The notes under the pieces were generated by a model. That model searched no databases. It worked only from the letters and a program-made list of their open reading frames with translations, and was not told the origin of the DNA. DNA of 64,000 nucleotides from Candidatus Uhrbacteria bacterium (lineage in GTDB: Bacteria > Patescibacteriota > Patescibacteriia > UBA9934 > GWF2-40-263): NCBI GenBank assembly GCA_023246355.1, contig JAHFIQ010000003.1, forward strand, positions 13,968 to 77,967, read 5' to 3'. Below are positions 1 through 8,687 of this stretch, piece by piece (the first letter of the stretch is position 1; each line of letters starts with the position of its first letter). Position numbers and translations under genes: made by a program.

Positions 1-308
1 GGTGCCGTTCCTCCTGCTCGGTCACGGCGAATTTCTCCACCCGTGAAGAGCATGATGCGTCGCGCCTTCTTGGTGACCACGATCACACGGTCGCCCATCA
101 GTCTTGGATCAGCCGAATCGTACCGACTGGGCGAGGGTGGAAGCTGATCTACGCTTGCCACACAGCCCGGGTAGCCGGGAAGCGGGAGAGGTTCCTTCAC
201 CTCCACGACCGCTTCGACCTTGGGGAGTTCCACCTCCGGGATGCTCATCATGGCAAAGGGCGCCATGAGGAAGAGGACAAACGTGGTGACAGCCAGAACG
301 GTGCGCAT
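1..308 (-). CDS. Partial (runs off window) secreted protein, possibly L,D-transpeptidase (YkuD)-like
   Basis: Read manually: ATG at 308, MRTVLAVTTFVLFLMAPFAMM...GDRVIVVTKKARRIMLFTGGEI. Hydrophobic N-terminus; VIVVTKKARRIMLF resembles the first strands of YkuD domains. SD AGGAG at 314-318; promoter TTGACG(354-359)-17-TAATCT(331-336). Confidence 0.55.
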   Translation of the reverse strand, partial: MRTVLAVTTFVLFLMAPFAMMSIPEVELPKVEAVVEVKEPLPLPGYPGCVASVDQLPPSPSRYDSADPRLMGDRVIVVTKKARRIMLFTGGEIRRDRAGGTA

Positions 309-389
309 CGCAGCTCCTGAGGAACCGCTTAGATTAGATCAAAATGACGATTTCGTCAAGGGAAGCCACATTTGATAGAATAAAAGCCT

Positions 390-815
390 ATGATTGAATC
401 CCTGGTCATTGTATGTCTGGGTCTGTCGGGTTTTTTCTTGGCGTTGTATTTGAGATGGAAAAAAGCTCACAAGAGTGAGGTATTTGTCTGTCCACTTCGT
501 GGAAACTGTACGGAGGTCATTCACAGTGACTACGCCCATTTTTTGGGAATGCCCGTGGAACTCATTGGAACGATGTACTATCTGTTGATAGCCATCGCCT
601 ATGCTTCGCGAGTCTTGTTTCCTTCTCAGACAATCTCGCTTGCCGCACCACTCTTGCTCGTTTCAACCTTGGCGATGCTCTTCTCGGCCTACCTTACGTT
701 CATCCAAGTGGTCATGATTCGTAAACTCTGCACCTGGTGCTTGCTATCGGCAGTGTTTTGTTTGTGTATTTTTCTTCTGTCCGTTCAGATAGCACCGACC
801 CTATGGCAGAGCTGA
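390..815 (+). CDS. Vitamin K epoxide reductase (VKOR) family protein
   Basis: CPLRGNC loop cysteines, SDYAHFLGMPV, CTWC active site, 4-5 TM segments. Confidence 0.9.
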   Translation: MIESLVIVCLGLSGFFLALYLRWKKAHKSEVFVCPLRGNCTEVIHSDYAHFLGMPVELIGTMYYLLIAIAYASRVLFPSQTISLAAPLLLVSTLAMLFSAYLTFIQVVMIRKLCTWCLLSAVFCLCIFLLSVQIAPTLWQS

Positions 816-1570
816 TCATCCCCGCATTCATCGCCGGCGTGCTGACTTTTTTGGCGCCTTGCACCCTGCCGCTTGTTCCTGCGTATCTCGGATTTATCAG
901 TGGCGCCACGGCGAAAGATTTGCAGGATCACACCAAGCGGGCGGGAATCCGTCGCCGCGTTTTACTGAACGGATTATTTTATGTGCTGGGATTTTCGGCG
1001 ATTTTTATCGGACTTGGATTGTTGTTTGGGGTAGGTGGATCTGTGCTGGTGAAGTATCAAGAAATTTTCCCCAGAATCGGTGGAGCGTTTGTGATCGTCT
1101 TTGCGTTATACCTCCTCGGAGCATTTGAGCGCGTCCCAGCTTTCAATCGTCTCCTCACCACCGAACATCGTTTCCATCCAGCTTCATCACTGAGACCGGG
1201 AACGCCGCTCTCTTCGTTCATTTTTGGTGCGACGTTCGCGTTTGGATGGACGCCCTGTGTGGGCCCAATTCTGGGATCTGTTCTCCTGTTGGCATCCACC
1301 ACGGCCACTGTTTTGCAGGGTGCGTTTCTCCTCGCGGTCTTTTCCCTCGGGCTTGCGATTCCATTTGTCTTGATCGCCCTGTTCATCGGCCAGGCTTCAC
1401 AGACCGTGAAGACCCTATCGCGCGTTCTTCCGTACATCTCAAAGATTGGCGGCGTATTCCTTTTGTTTCTGGGAATACTGCTCATCACAAACAACCTCGG
1501 CATCTGGTTGACGTGGTTTTACAAAGCCTTTGATTTCTTGCCCTATGATCTTCTGCTGGACTATTTGTAG
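803..1570 (+). CDS. ccdA: CcdA/DsbD-type cytochrome c biogenesis thiol-disulfide membrane protein
   Basis: AGVLTFLAPCTLPLVPAYL and FGWTPCVGPILGSVL motifs; start placed at ATG 803. Confidence 0.9.
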   Translation: MAELIIPAFIAGVLTFLAPCTLPLVPAYLGFISGATAKDLQDHTKRAGIRRRVLLNGLFYVLGFSAIFIGLGLLFGVGGSVLVKYQEIFPRIGGAFVIVFALYLLGAFERVPAFNRLLTTEHRFHPASSLRPGTPLSSFIFGATFAFGWTPCVGPILGSVLLLASTTATVLQGAFLLAVFSLGLAIPFVLIALFIGQASQTVKTLSRVLPYISKIGGVFLLFLGILLITNNLGIWLTWFYKAFDFLPYDLLLDYL

Positions 1571-1615
1571 AGCGACTTGAGTCCTGGAAAGCCTCTTGTT
1601 ATACTCATGCTCGAT

Positions 1616-2206
1616 ATGAAAAAAACCCTTGCCTACACGCTTCTCACGTTGGTTCTTATCGGAGGCGGTTGTTTTGGAAAAAAAGCCGAGGAAAGCTCTT
1701 CGACCGAACCTGTGGAAATCGACCGAGATGCCATCTTGCTTGAGGCTCGCGAAAACGGGATTATTATGTCTCAGGAGGAAGTCGCGGCCATGTCGAGCCT
1801 TGAACCGATCAGCGTGGCTGGGGCAAGCAATCCAACAAATGTGACTGCCTATCTCAAGGCCGACATGAAAGGTTGGTCATCGGCAGCCCTCGCGGATGTC
1901 ACAGGTGGTGAGTCCTATGGTCTCTCTCATGCCACGTTTGAAAACGGAATCTACACCGTGGTTGCAGACATGGGTAATTTGACGGAGCCAGCAGAGGCCT
2001 ATTCGTACCAAGGCTGGCTGGTGAATCGAAAAGGATCGCTCATGGCGGTGAATATCGGGACCGCGGTAAAAACAGAAACAGGCTACGCAATCGTCTTCAC
2101 GTCGTCGCAGGATCTTTCTGAATTTGATTTTTTTGTCCTGACCCTTGAGCTCACGGCAGGTCTCTCAACTCCTGAGGAGCATATCCTTGAAGGATCTTTT
2201 CGTTAG
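1616..2206 (+). CDS. Lipoprotein with RskA/anti-sigma-like C-terminal beta domain
   Basis: Lipobox LIGGGC after MKK; YQGWLV...FFVLTLE...PEEHILEG pattern. Confidence 0.55.
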   Translation: MKKTLAYTLLTLVLIGGGCFGKKAEESSSTEPVEIDRDAILLEARENGIIMSQEEVAAMSSLEPISVAGASNPTNVTAYLKADMKGWSSAALADVTGGESYGLSHATFENGIYTVVADMGNLTEPAEAYSYQGWLVNRKGSLMAVNIGTAVKTETGYAIVFTSSQDLSEFDFFVLTLELTAGLSTPEEHILEGSFR

Positions 2207-3141
2207 TCTACGATGTCGGTTACGTAGATCATCAACTGGCTGCCATCCTCAAGCTCTACAACGGTTGGATCCTTCACAAACCTGTGGCCATGTTCGGGAG
2301 CGAGGACGATTCCGTCATCCGGATTCCAGTCGTTCCCGTTTTTTGTTGACCATGATTTTATTTCACCCTTGCGTGTGGAGACAAACAGATGGTACGTATC
2401 GCCGATCCAGATCCCATTGTTTGGCGTAACAAATTCATCTCCCATGGGAAAACTCGTCTTTGCGTACACGCCAAAGGTGATGCCGTCCGTGCTTGTGAGA
2501 TGCCAAATGGCATCCGAGCCCTCATCGGATTCTGTGTACATGTGCCAGGTGTCGTTCACAAGAAACGTGGTTGAATTTTTTGATTCTGACTCTGAGGGGA
2601 CAAACACAGATGTCTTGTACTCAAAATGCACGCCATCCTGGCTTTCTGCCATGTGGATGCCTTCTGTGAAATCCAGGGTATGGGCTGTGTAGTACAAACG
2701 AAACGTCCCGTCTGGGAGCAAGACGATGTCTGCGTTATGGGGAGATGAATACGATTCACCTCCCGTGACCGTGAGAACTTTGTACGTCCAGGTTTTCCCG
2801 TTATCTTCTGAGATTGCCACGGCCGTGCGATCGAGCTCGCCCCCCACAATCCAGCCCGTGTAATACAAGAAAATTCGACCTTCATCATCAACGACTGCGT
2901 CAGGGAGATGGGCTTGATCGGAAATCCAGCCCTCGATCGGGGTGTAGGTCAGTCCATCGGCTGAAGTGGCCAGGGCGAGGGTTGAGTTAAGAGGACGTTC
3001 GTCGTCCAGTGCCTGCTCGCTTGGCTCGGCTTGGATGGGGTTAAAATCACTCACCGCGTACGGGTCATCAGAGGCGTGAGGAAAAGAACAACCTGACAGG
3101 AATAAACTTGAAATAAGAAGGATGAGAGAGGTCTTTTTCAT
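2203..3141 (-). CDS. Lipoprotein, beta-propeller glycoside hydrolase (GH43/sialidase-like)
   Basis: Lipobox FLSGC; repeated Asp-box blades SADGLTY, SEDNGKTW, SQDGVHF, STDGITF, TKNGNDW; DPTVV. Confidence 0.7.
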   Translation of the reverse strand: MKKTSLILLISSLFLSGCSFPHASDDPYAVSDFNPIQAEPSEQALDDERPLNSTLALATSADGLTYTPIEGWISDQAHLPDAVVDDEGRIFLYYTGWIVGGELDRTAVAISEDNGKTWTYKVLTVTGGESYSSPHNADIVLLPDGTFRLYYTAHTLDFTEGIHMAESQDGVHFEYKTSVFVPSESESKNSTTFLVNDTWHMYTESDEGSDAIWHLTSTDGITFGVYAKTSFPMGDEFVTPNNGIWIGDTYHLFVSTRKGEIKSWSTKNGNDWNPDDGIVLAPEHGHRFVKDPTVVELEDGSQLMIYVTDIVD

Positions 3142-3165
3142 ATATTTCTGATAGACTAACACAGT

Positions 3166-4734
3166 ATGCGTCGTCTGTGGATAGTTTTTGCTCTCAGCTT
3201 TTTTGTTTTTCCAACGTGGGTCCACGCCGCGTCGGCTGATTTTTTGGATCCTGTGGTCGACTCGTTTGAGTCGTCTTTGGTGTGCACGGGTTGGAGCGAT
3301 GGTGGATGTCGATCGATGTTTCTGATCGCGGGAAAGAATTTTTTAAACAGTAACGGCAGTCCTGGCGTGAAAGTGGGCAACGAGTGGGCAGATGTGCTGC
3401 ACGCAACCAGTACACGCATTATGGCTGTTGCCTCAGAGGCTGCCCTTGAAAAAGCGCCGATTGTGTCTGTTGATACAACCCTTCATACCCCGACTCTTGA
3501 AACAACGGACGAGACGCTGAACGGGATCTTTGCTGATTCTGTTCAAGTGGCCTTGGATGCAATTCAGACAACGAGCGATGGCACGCGCTATATTTCTGCT
3601 GGTCCCAAATATAATGACATCCCTCGCGTGTACTATCGTGATTCGTATTGGACCTCTGGAATGATTCTACTGATCGAACCCTACGTTGTCCGTGATCAGA
3701 TTTTGCTTCTGGCTCAAGGCATCGAAACCAACGGCTCCGTTCCCAGTGCCACGCCAGTGGATCCTGACGGCTATCGTTTGGGTCTGTGGGAAGACCATCT
3801 TGATTCAGGCCCGTACTTTGACATGCTGGTGTATGACTATGTGCGCTGGACGGGCGACACGTCTATTTTGACTGAGCGCGTAAATGGCAGGACGATTTTC
3901 ACGGCCATGGAAGATGTGCTCAGTTATTTATCCACACGTGACTCCGACGGCGATTATCTGCCAGAGAAACCAGAGAATTCTTTGCAGGATTGGCTTGATA
4001 GCATTCCACGCAGTGGGGAAGTTCTGTCTAATCAAGTTCTCTATTATCGCGCCCTTCGCAACCTTGTAGAGATTTCAGGTCTCATGAACAAGGCCAGTCA
4101 TGCAGAAGCGTTTCATCGACAGTCCCTGCTTGTGCGTTACCAGATCAATCGTCTGTTTTGGAATGAAGATGAGGGAACATATTTTGAAAGTTGCGATAAA
4201 GACAACTGCGTAAAGCGCGTGACCAACGAATCAGCCCTCGCGATCCTCTACGAAGTCGTTTGGCCGCAAAATCGAGATCGATTATTCGACAGTCTTCTCA
4301 CGCTTCATTCAAATCTGAATGACGAGATTCCTTTTGATGATTGGGGAGTGCTCAATGCCTGGCCGCTGTATGACGGCTTTACACCCTATGATTACCAAAA
4401 CGGAACCGACTGGCCATTTTTGGACGGCATCAATGCGGGCGCTCGACTCAAGTACAACAATGCGGATTGGTATTATCCACTCACACGGTGGTGGACGTTC
4501 AACAAGGAACAAGGAAGCGGTCGGGTTTTACCAGAGTATGTCTCACCCGTGGATGAAGATGGAGGTGATGAACAAGCGTGGAGCGTGAATCCGGCTGTGA
4601 GCTTTGTCCGATACGGGCTTGGTGTGGATCCTGACATCGACGGGGCGTACACCACCAAGCATTCCCCAAACGGGGAAACCTTCCTGCGTGACGCCTTTGT
4701 CCGCGGCCACCGCATTTCCGTGAATGCGCAATAA
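3166..4734 (+). CDS. Secreted (alpha/alpha)6-barrel glycoside hydrolase (glycogen-debranching/GH63-like) with an N-terminal IPT/TIG-like domain
   Basis: Signal peptide (AHAA-type cleavage site, VHAA); YYRDSYW, LQDWLDS, YQNGTDWP, LPEY and QAWS motifs. Confidence 0.75.
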   Translation: MRRLWIVFALSFFVFPTWVHAASADFLDPVVDSFESSLVCTGWSDGGCRSMFLIAGKNFLNSNGSPGVKVGNEWADVLHATSTRIMAVASEAALEKAPIVSVDTTLHTPTLETTDETLNGIFADSVQVALDAIQTTSDGTRYISAGPKYNDIPRVYYRDSYWTSGMILLIEPYVVRDQILLLAQGIETNGSVPSATPVDPDGYRLGLWEDHLDSGPYFDMLVYDYVRWTGDTSILTERVNGRTIFTAMEDVLSYLSTRDSDGDYLPEKPENSLQDWLDSIPRSGEVLSNQVLYYRALRNLVEISGLMNKASHAEAFHRQSLLVRYQINRLFWNEDEGTYFESCDKDNCVKRVTNESALAILYEVVWPQNRDRLFDSLLTLHSNLNDEIPFDDWGVLNAWPLYDGFTPYDYQNGTDWPFLDGINAGARLKYNNADWYYPLTRWWTFNKEQGSGRVLPEYVSPVDEDGGDEQAWSVNPAVSFVRYGLGVDPDIDGAYTTKHSPNGETFLRDAFVRGHRISVNAQ

Positions 4735-4765
4735 AAAACCCACAGCTTATGCTGCGGATTTTTTT
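4735..4765 (-). terminator. Intrinsic terminator, better formed on the minus strand
   Basis: Minus-strand RNA UCCGCAGC-AUAA-GCUGUGGG followed by U6 pairs fully with G-U wobbles; the plus strand has A-C mismatches. Confidence 0.7.
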
Positions 4766-4866
4766 GCCTTCGAGAGGCGGATGGCTTTCTGTCTTCGGTT
4801 GCCAGCAAGTTGGACTTTGCGTTCCAGCTTCCAGGCGGTGCGGACTTGTTTTCGTTTTCCAGGCAT
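4747..4866 (-). CDS. 39-aa very basic small protein (not in the ORF track)
   Basis: MPGKRKQVRTAWKLERKVQLAGNRRQKAIRLSKAKKSAA*; promoter TTGACG(4912-4917)-17-TATCTT(4889-4894); terminator over the stop codon. Confidence 0.65.
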   Translation of the reverse strand: MPGKRKQVRTAWKLERKVQLAGNRRQKAIRLSKAKKSAA

Positions 4867-4947
4867 AGGGGATAGTGATTTCAACAGCAAGATAGCTCAG
4901 CCTGAGTTTTTCGTCAAACGAAACCAGATCGAGTATACTACTCATGT

Positions 4948-5397
4948 ATGGATTCGGTTCTTTCTACCAGCGTAAACGTTCTTCAACTTGTGAGTCCTGG
5001 GATGGTGTTGTTTGTGACAACCCTTGTTGTGTTTGGGTCCGTGTTCACGCTGAGTTTTTTGATTGGCTCCAAACCTTCCGTGGTAAAGCCACTCACCGGT
5101 GGACTCCTCATCCTGTTGTTTCTCATGCTGGGCATGGTCGCGATTGAATTTTCTGCGGCCGCCACGCCCTCGTATACGTTTGGTGAGTTTGCCTCTCTTT
5201 CGGAGGCGCTGTCCACTCATCGCTGGCTGCTGTTTCAGTTACCGATTCTGCTCACAATGACGAGCCTGATGATTTTGCATGTGTACGGTGAAAAGATCGC
5301 CGATCGACACGCCACTCCCTATCGCGTTGCCGTGATCCTGTCGATGGCTCTGAGCTTTGCATCCCTGATCGCCATAGCATTTGAATCGATGGTTTAA
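4948..5397 (+). CDS. Hypothetical membrane protein (about 4 TM)
   Basis: Four hydrophobic segments; TATACT 8 nt upstream of the ATG. Confidence 0.7.
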   Translation: MDSVLSTSVNVLQLVSPGMVLFVTTLVVFGSVFTLSFLIGSKPSVVKPLTGGLLILLFLMLGMVAIEFSAAATPSYTFGEFASLSEALSTHRWLLFQLPILLTMTSLMILHVYGEKIADRHATPYRVAVILSMALSFASLIAIAFESMV

Positions 5398-5400
5398 ATT

Positions 5401-5742
5401 ATGTTTCATTTTTTTCGAAATCGCATTCACGAGTCGCTTGCCCTTGCCGGGCTCTTTGCCGGAGCCATCGCTCTTCACGTTGCCTGGATCGATAATCTTC
5501 TGATCACACGTAGTCAGCTCATTCGCGAGTTCATCACGCTGAATCCTGCGATCGGTCCCATCAGTGGATTGTATGTTGATACCCTTGGCGCCTTCTTCGT
5601 GAGCTTTCTGCTCGCCGCCTTTTTCTGGCGCGGCCGTGATGTCTCGCACTGGCGCGATCGGGTGTTCTGGTTTTTCGTCACCTCGATCGTGATCTTCTTG
5701 CTCATGACCCTGCCGTTTGTGTACGGGTTTGTGGTGAGTTGA
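5401..5742 (+). CDS. Hypothetical membrane protein (about 3 TM)
   Basis: Hydrophobic segments, GPISG motif, 3 nt after the previous gene. Confidence 0.7.
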   Translation: MFHFFRNRIHESLALAGLFAGAIALHVAWIDNLLITRSQLIREFITLNPAIGPISGLYVDTLGAFFVSFLLAAFFWRGRDVSHWRDRVFWFFVTSIVIFLLMTLPFVYGFVVS

Positions 5743-5797
5743 GCAAAACCGTTTTCCGTCGTAGACTTGATCCAAGTTAAGTCTTTTTTATTTTTGT

Positions 5798-7285
5798 ATG
5801 GAAATCAAGGTTTACAAGGGGGATCTGACACAGGAAAAAGCCGATCTGTTGGTCGTGGGGCATTTTTCAGACGCCAAATCATTGGAGGGTCCCGTGGCCG
5901 CCGTTGATACCGCCATGGGAGGCAGGCTCTCAAGGCTCATGAAGGATGATGGATTCAAGGCAAAGCTTGCCTCTACGTTTTTGACTCATACAAACGGAGA
6001 GATCGCGGCCAAACGCGTCCTTGTTGTTGGACTGGGGAAAAAAGACGAGGTGAATCTCGAGGCTGTTCGTCAGGCCGCGGCTGTTGCTGTGAATGTGGCC
6101 AAGGAGTGTGGGGCAAAAATAATGGTGTCTGAGCATCACGTCCCTGGGGAACTCAAGGCAGGTGACTGTGCTCAGGCAATGGTTGAGGGAGCACGGCTGG
6201 CAGATTACAGCTTCAGTCGCTACAAAAAGCCGTCGCAAAAATCTCCAAAACTTTTTGCGATCGTCACAAATGACGGAAAGATTTTGCGATCGTCAGAAAA
6301 AGGTTTGGAACTGGGCGAACTCGCCGCCCGTGGAGTTGTCTTTGCTCGAGACCTCGTAAACACCCCAGCACACGACATGCATCCTGAAACGCTCGTGGAC
6401 ATGGCCAAGTCGATCGCCAAGGGCAAGTCCTCGATTCGTGTTCGTGTATTTGATCGCGAGGCTCTCAAACGCATGGGCGCTGGCGGTATTCTGGGTGTCG
6501 CACAAGGATCTGATCATCCGCCCTACCTTGTGCACATGACCTACAAACCAAAGAAGCCCACAAAAAAGTCCATCGCGCTTGTGGGCAAAGCAGTGACCTT
6601 CGATTCCGGTGGGCTTTCACTGAAGCCTGCCGATTACATGATGACGATGAAGTGTGACATGGCTGGCGCGGCTGCGGTGTTGGGGGCATTCAGTGTGATC
6701 GCAGACCTTGCCCCAGGAGTCGAAGTGCATGGAATTTTTGGCGCGGTCGAGAACATGCCATCCGGCGGCGCGATTCGTCCAGGGGATGTACTCACAGCCA
6801 TGAACAAAAAAACCATGGAGGTGTTGAATACGGACGCAGAAGGTCGTCTCACACTCGCTGATACACTTTCCTACGCGGCTAAGTTGAAGCCTGCGTTTAT
6901 TGTTGATTTGGCAACGCTCACCGGAGCATGTGTTGTGGCTCTTGGAGAGGAGATTACAGGCGTGATGTCAAACGACGACAAGGTTGCCTCACAGACCCTG
7001 GACGCGGCAGCTGCGGCTGGGGAGAAAATGTGGCGCCTTCCACTTGAAAAGAATTACAAGAAAGTTATCAAATCCCAAATCGCTGACCTGCAAAACATCG
7101 GCAACAAATGGGGTGGGGCGCTCACCGCTGGCTTGTTCCTCGAAGAATTTGTAGACAAGACACCCTGGGCGCATTTGGACATCGCTGGCCCTGCCTTTGC
7201 CGAACGCGAGATTGATCCCTACACCCACAAAGGGGCGACAGGGCATGGTGTGAGAACGCTTTTGGCTCTCCTCAGATCTCTCTAG
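5798..7285 (+). CDS. pepA: Leucyl aminopeptidase (M17)
   Basis: VGKAVTFDSGG, MKCDMAGAA, NTDAEGRL, WAHLDIAG. Confidence 0.97.
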   Translation: MEIKVYKGDLTQEKADLLVVGHFSDAKSLEGPVAAVDTAMGGRLSRLMKDDGFKAKLASTFLTHTNGEIAAKRVLVVGLGKKDEVNLEAVRQAAAVAVNVAKECGAKIMVSEHHVPGELKAGDCAQAMVEGARLADYSFSRYKKPSQKSPKLFAIVTNDGKILRSSEKGLELGELAARGVVFARDLVNTPAHDMHPETLVDMAKSIAKGKSSIRVRVFDREALKRMGAGGILGVAQGSDHPPYLVHMTYKPKKPTKKSIALVGKAVTFDSGGLSLKPADYMMTMKCDMAGAAAVLGAFSVIADLAPGVEVHGIFGAVENMPSGGAIRPGDVLTAMNKKTMEVLNTDAEGRLTLADTLSYAAKLKPAFIVDLATLTGACVVALGEEITGVMSNDDKVASQTLDAAAAAGEKMWRLPLEKNYKKVIKSQIADLQNIGNKWGGALTAGLFLEEFVDKTPWAHLDIAGPAFAEREIDPYTHKGATGHGVRTLLALLRSL

Positions 7286-7286
7286 T

Positions 7287-7565
7287 ATGCGACCTGCGGA
7301 CAAACCTTTTCGCAAACTCGTTCTGGTCTGTACCAACGAACGAACAGACGGTCGTGAATGCTGCGCGCAAAAAGGCGCGGTGGATCTTCATTACAAGTTA
7401 AAGATGGCCGTGGCTGGGGTTGATCCTTCTATTCGTGTTTCAAAGTCAGGCTGTCTTGATAATTGTTCCACCGGAATCACGGTGGTGATCCAACCGGACA
7501 ATGTGTGGTTGGCTCGCGTGCAAGAACAAGATATTCCGGAGCTTGTTGCCCTGATCACAAAATAA
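7287..7565 (+). CDS. Thioredoxin-like [2Fe-2S] ferredoxin
   Basis: VLVCTNER...CC...KSGCLDNCSTG...VVIQPDNVW. Confidence 0.85.
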   Translation: MRPADKPFRKLVLVCTNERTDGRECCAQKGAVDLHYKLKMAVAGVDPSIRVSKSGCLDNCSTGITVVIQPDNVWLARVQEQDIPELVALITK

Positions 7566-7578
7566 AATCCCCCGGACG

Positions 7579-8010
7579 CTATTCCGCGGGAAAGAGAGAG
7601 AAACGATCGGGATTTCCCGTGTCCTCGTCGACACAGGCACAGATCGCTGAGCACTCATGCGCATGCAAGAGGAACACTCGATCCGTCCGGGGTGGTTCAC
7701 AACCACATTCAGTAGAGTAGAGCTCCTCGACGATGGTGACGCTCGTGAGTCCATCATGATGCGCGTAGGTCAGGAGATCTTCTTTGAGCTTGAACTCGGG
7801 GTTGCTGCGTGCAAGATCTAAAATCAGGTAGGCCCGTTGAATATCTTCCCTGGATGGGAAAGGTTGTGAAACCTCCACCGAAGGAGTTTTTTCAACACTC
7901 GGACAATGCCCTTCTGTGAGATCTCGAGCGAACAGGAGGAATCCTGCACAGCCTGCGATCAGAACGGTTGCAACTGCGATTGAAACACCATGCCAGCCGA
8001 TAGACGCCAC
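7579..8010 (-). CDS. Orphan membrane-anchored Cys/His-rich protein
   Basis: GTG start with SD GAGGT (8016-8020); promoter TCGACA-17-TATCTT; TM segment; ECGCE...HAHECSAICAC. Confidence 0.55.
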   Translation of the reverse strand: MASIGWHGVSIAVATVLIAGCAGFLLFARDLTEGHCPSVEKTPSVEVSQPFPSREDIQRAYLILDLARSNPEFKLKEDLLTYAHHDGLTSVTIVEELYSTECGCEPPRTDRVFLLHAHECSAICACVDEDTGNPDRFSLFPAE

Positions 8011-8067
8011 GGTGAACCTCTAAACCAGCGATAAGATATCACGGATTTGTGAGCCTGTCGAGACATC

Positions 8068-8091
8068 AAAAAATGGCCCATCGGCCATTTT
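8068..8091 (-). terminator. Terminator downstream of ahpC
   Basis: AAAAATGGCC-CATC-GGCCATTTTT palindrome. Confidence 0.65.
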
Positions 8092-8094
8092 TGT

Positions 8095-8637
8095 CTATGC
8101 TTTTCCTAGTGTCTGTGCTCCTTGCGTCCATTCCACTGGACAGAGCTCGCCGGTTTGTAGGGCTTTCAGGACACGTACTGTCTCTGTCACAGAGCGTCCC
8201 ACTCCCAGGTCGTGGTAGAGCGCATAGCGGAGAATGCCGTCTGGATCGATGATGAATGTGCCGCGCAGGGCAATGCCTTTGTCTTCCAACAGCACGCCGT
8301 AGTCGGCGCTCGTGGTTCGGTTCATGTCTGAAAAAAGTGGAAACGCGAGGTCGCCCAATTCTTTCAACCAGGCCTTGTGCGAGTGCACAGAGTCAGTGGA
8401 GCCGCCAAGAATCTCTGCGTTGAGCGCCTTGAATTCATCAAACCTTTTTGAGAATCCTGTGATCTCGGTCGGACATACGAAGGTAAAGTCCAGTGGGTAG
8501 AAGAAGAGCACGAGCCACTTGCCTTTGTAGTCAGATGATTTTGCGTTTGCAAATGCGCCGCCTGCCACAACCGTCTCGAGATTGAAATGTGGAGCTGGTT
8601 TGCCGACCCGGGCGATTTGAGGAGCATGATTTTCCAT
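8095..8637 (-). CDS. ahpC: 2-Cys peroxiredoxin
   Basis: FFYPLDFTFVCPTE, ALRGTFIID, ELCP. Confidence 0.95.
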   Translation of the reverse strand: MENHAPQIARVGKPAPHFNLETVVAGGAFANAKSSDYKGKWLVLFFYPLDFTFVCPTEITGFSKRFDEFKALNAEILGGSTDSVHSHKAWLKELGDLAFPLFSDMNRTTSADYGVLLEDKGIALRGTFIIDPDGILRYALYHDLGVGRSVTETVRVLKALQTGELCPVEWTQGAQTLGKA

Positions 8638-8687
8638 AAGATGTGAGAAAGTGAATGATGAGTTATCATGGTAGCCGAGGATAGCCT

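Noticed and set aside
737-802. Upstream extensions of listed ORFs (also 14853-14963, 15963-16208, 44157-44219, 57199-57231, 61634-61678)
   Set aside because: They overlap neighbouring genes or promoters; downstream starts fit homology, SD or -10 positions better.
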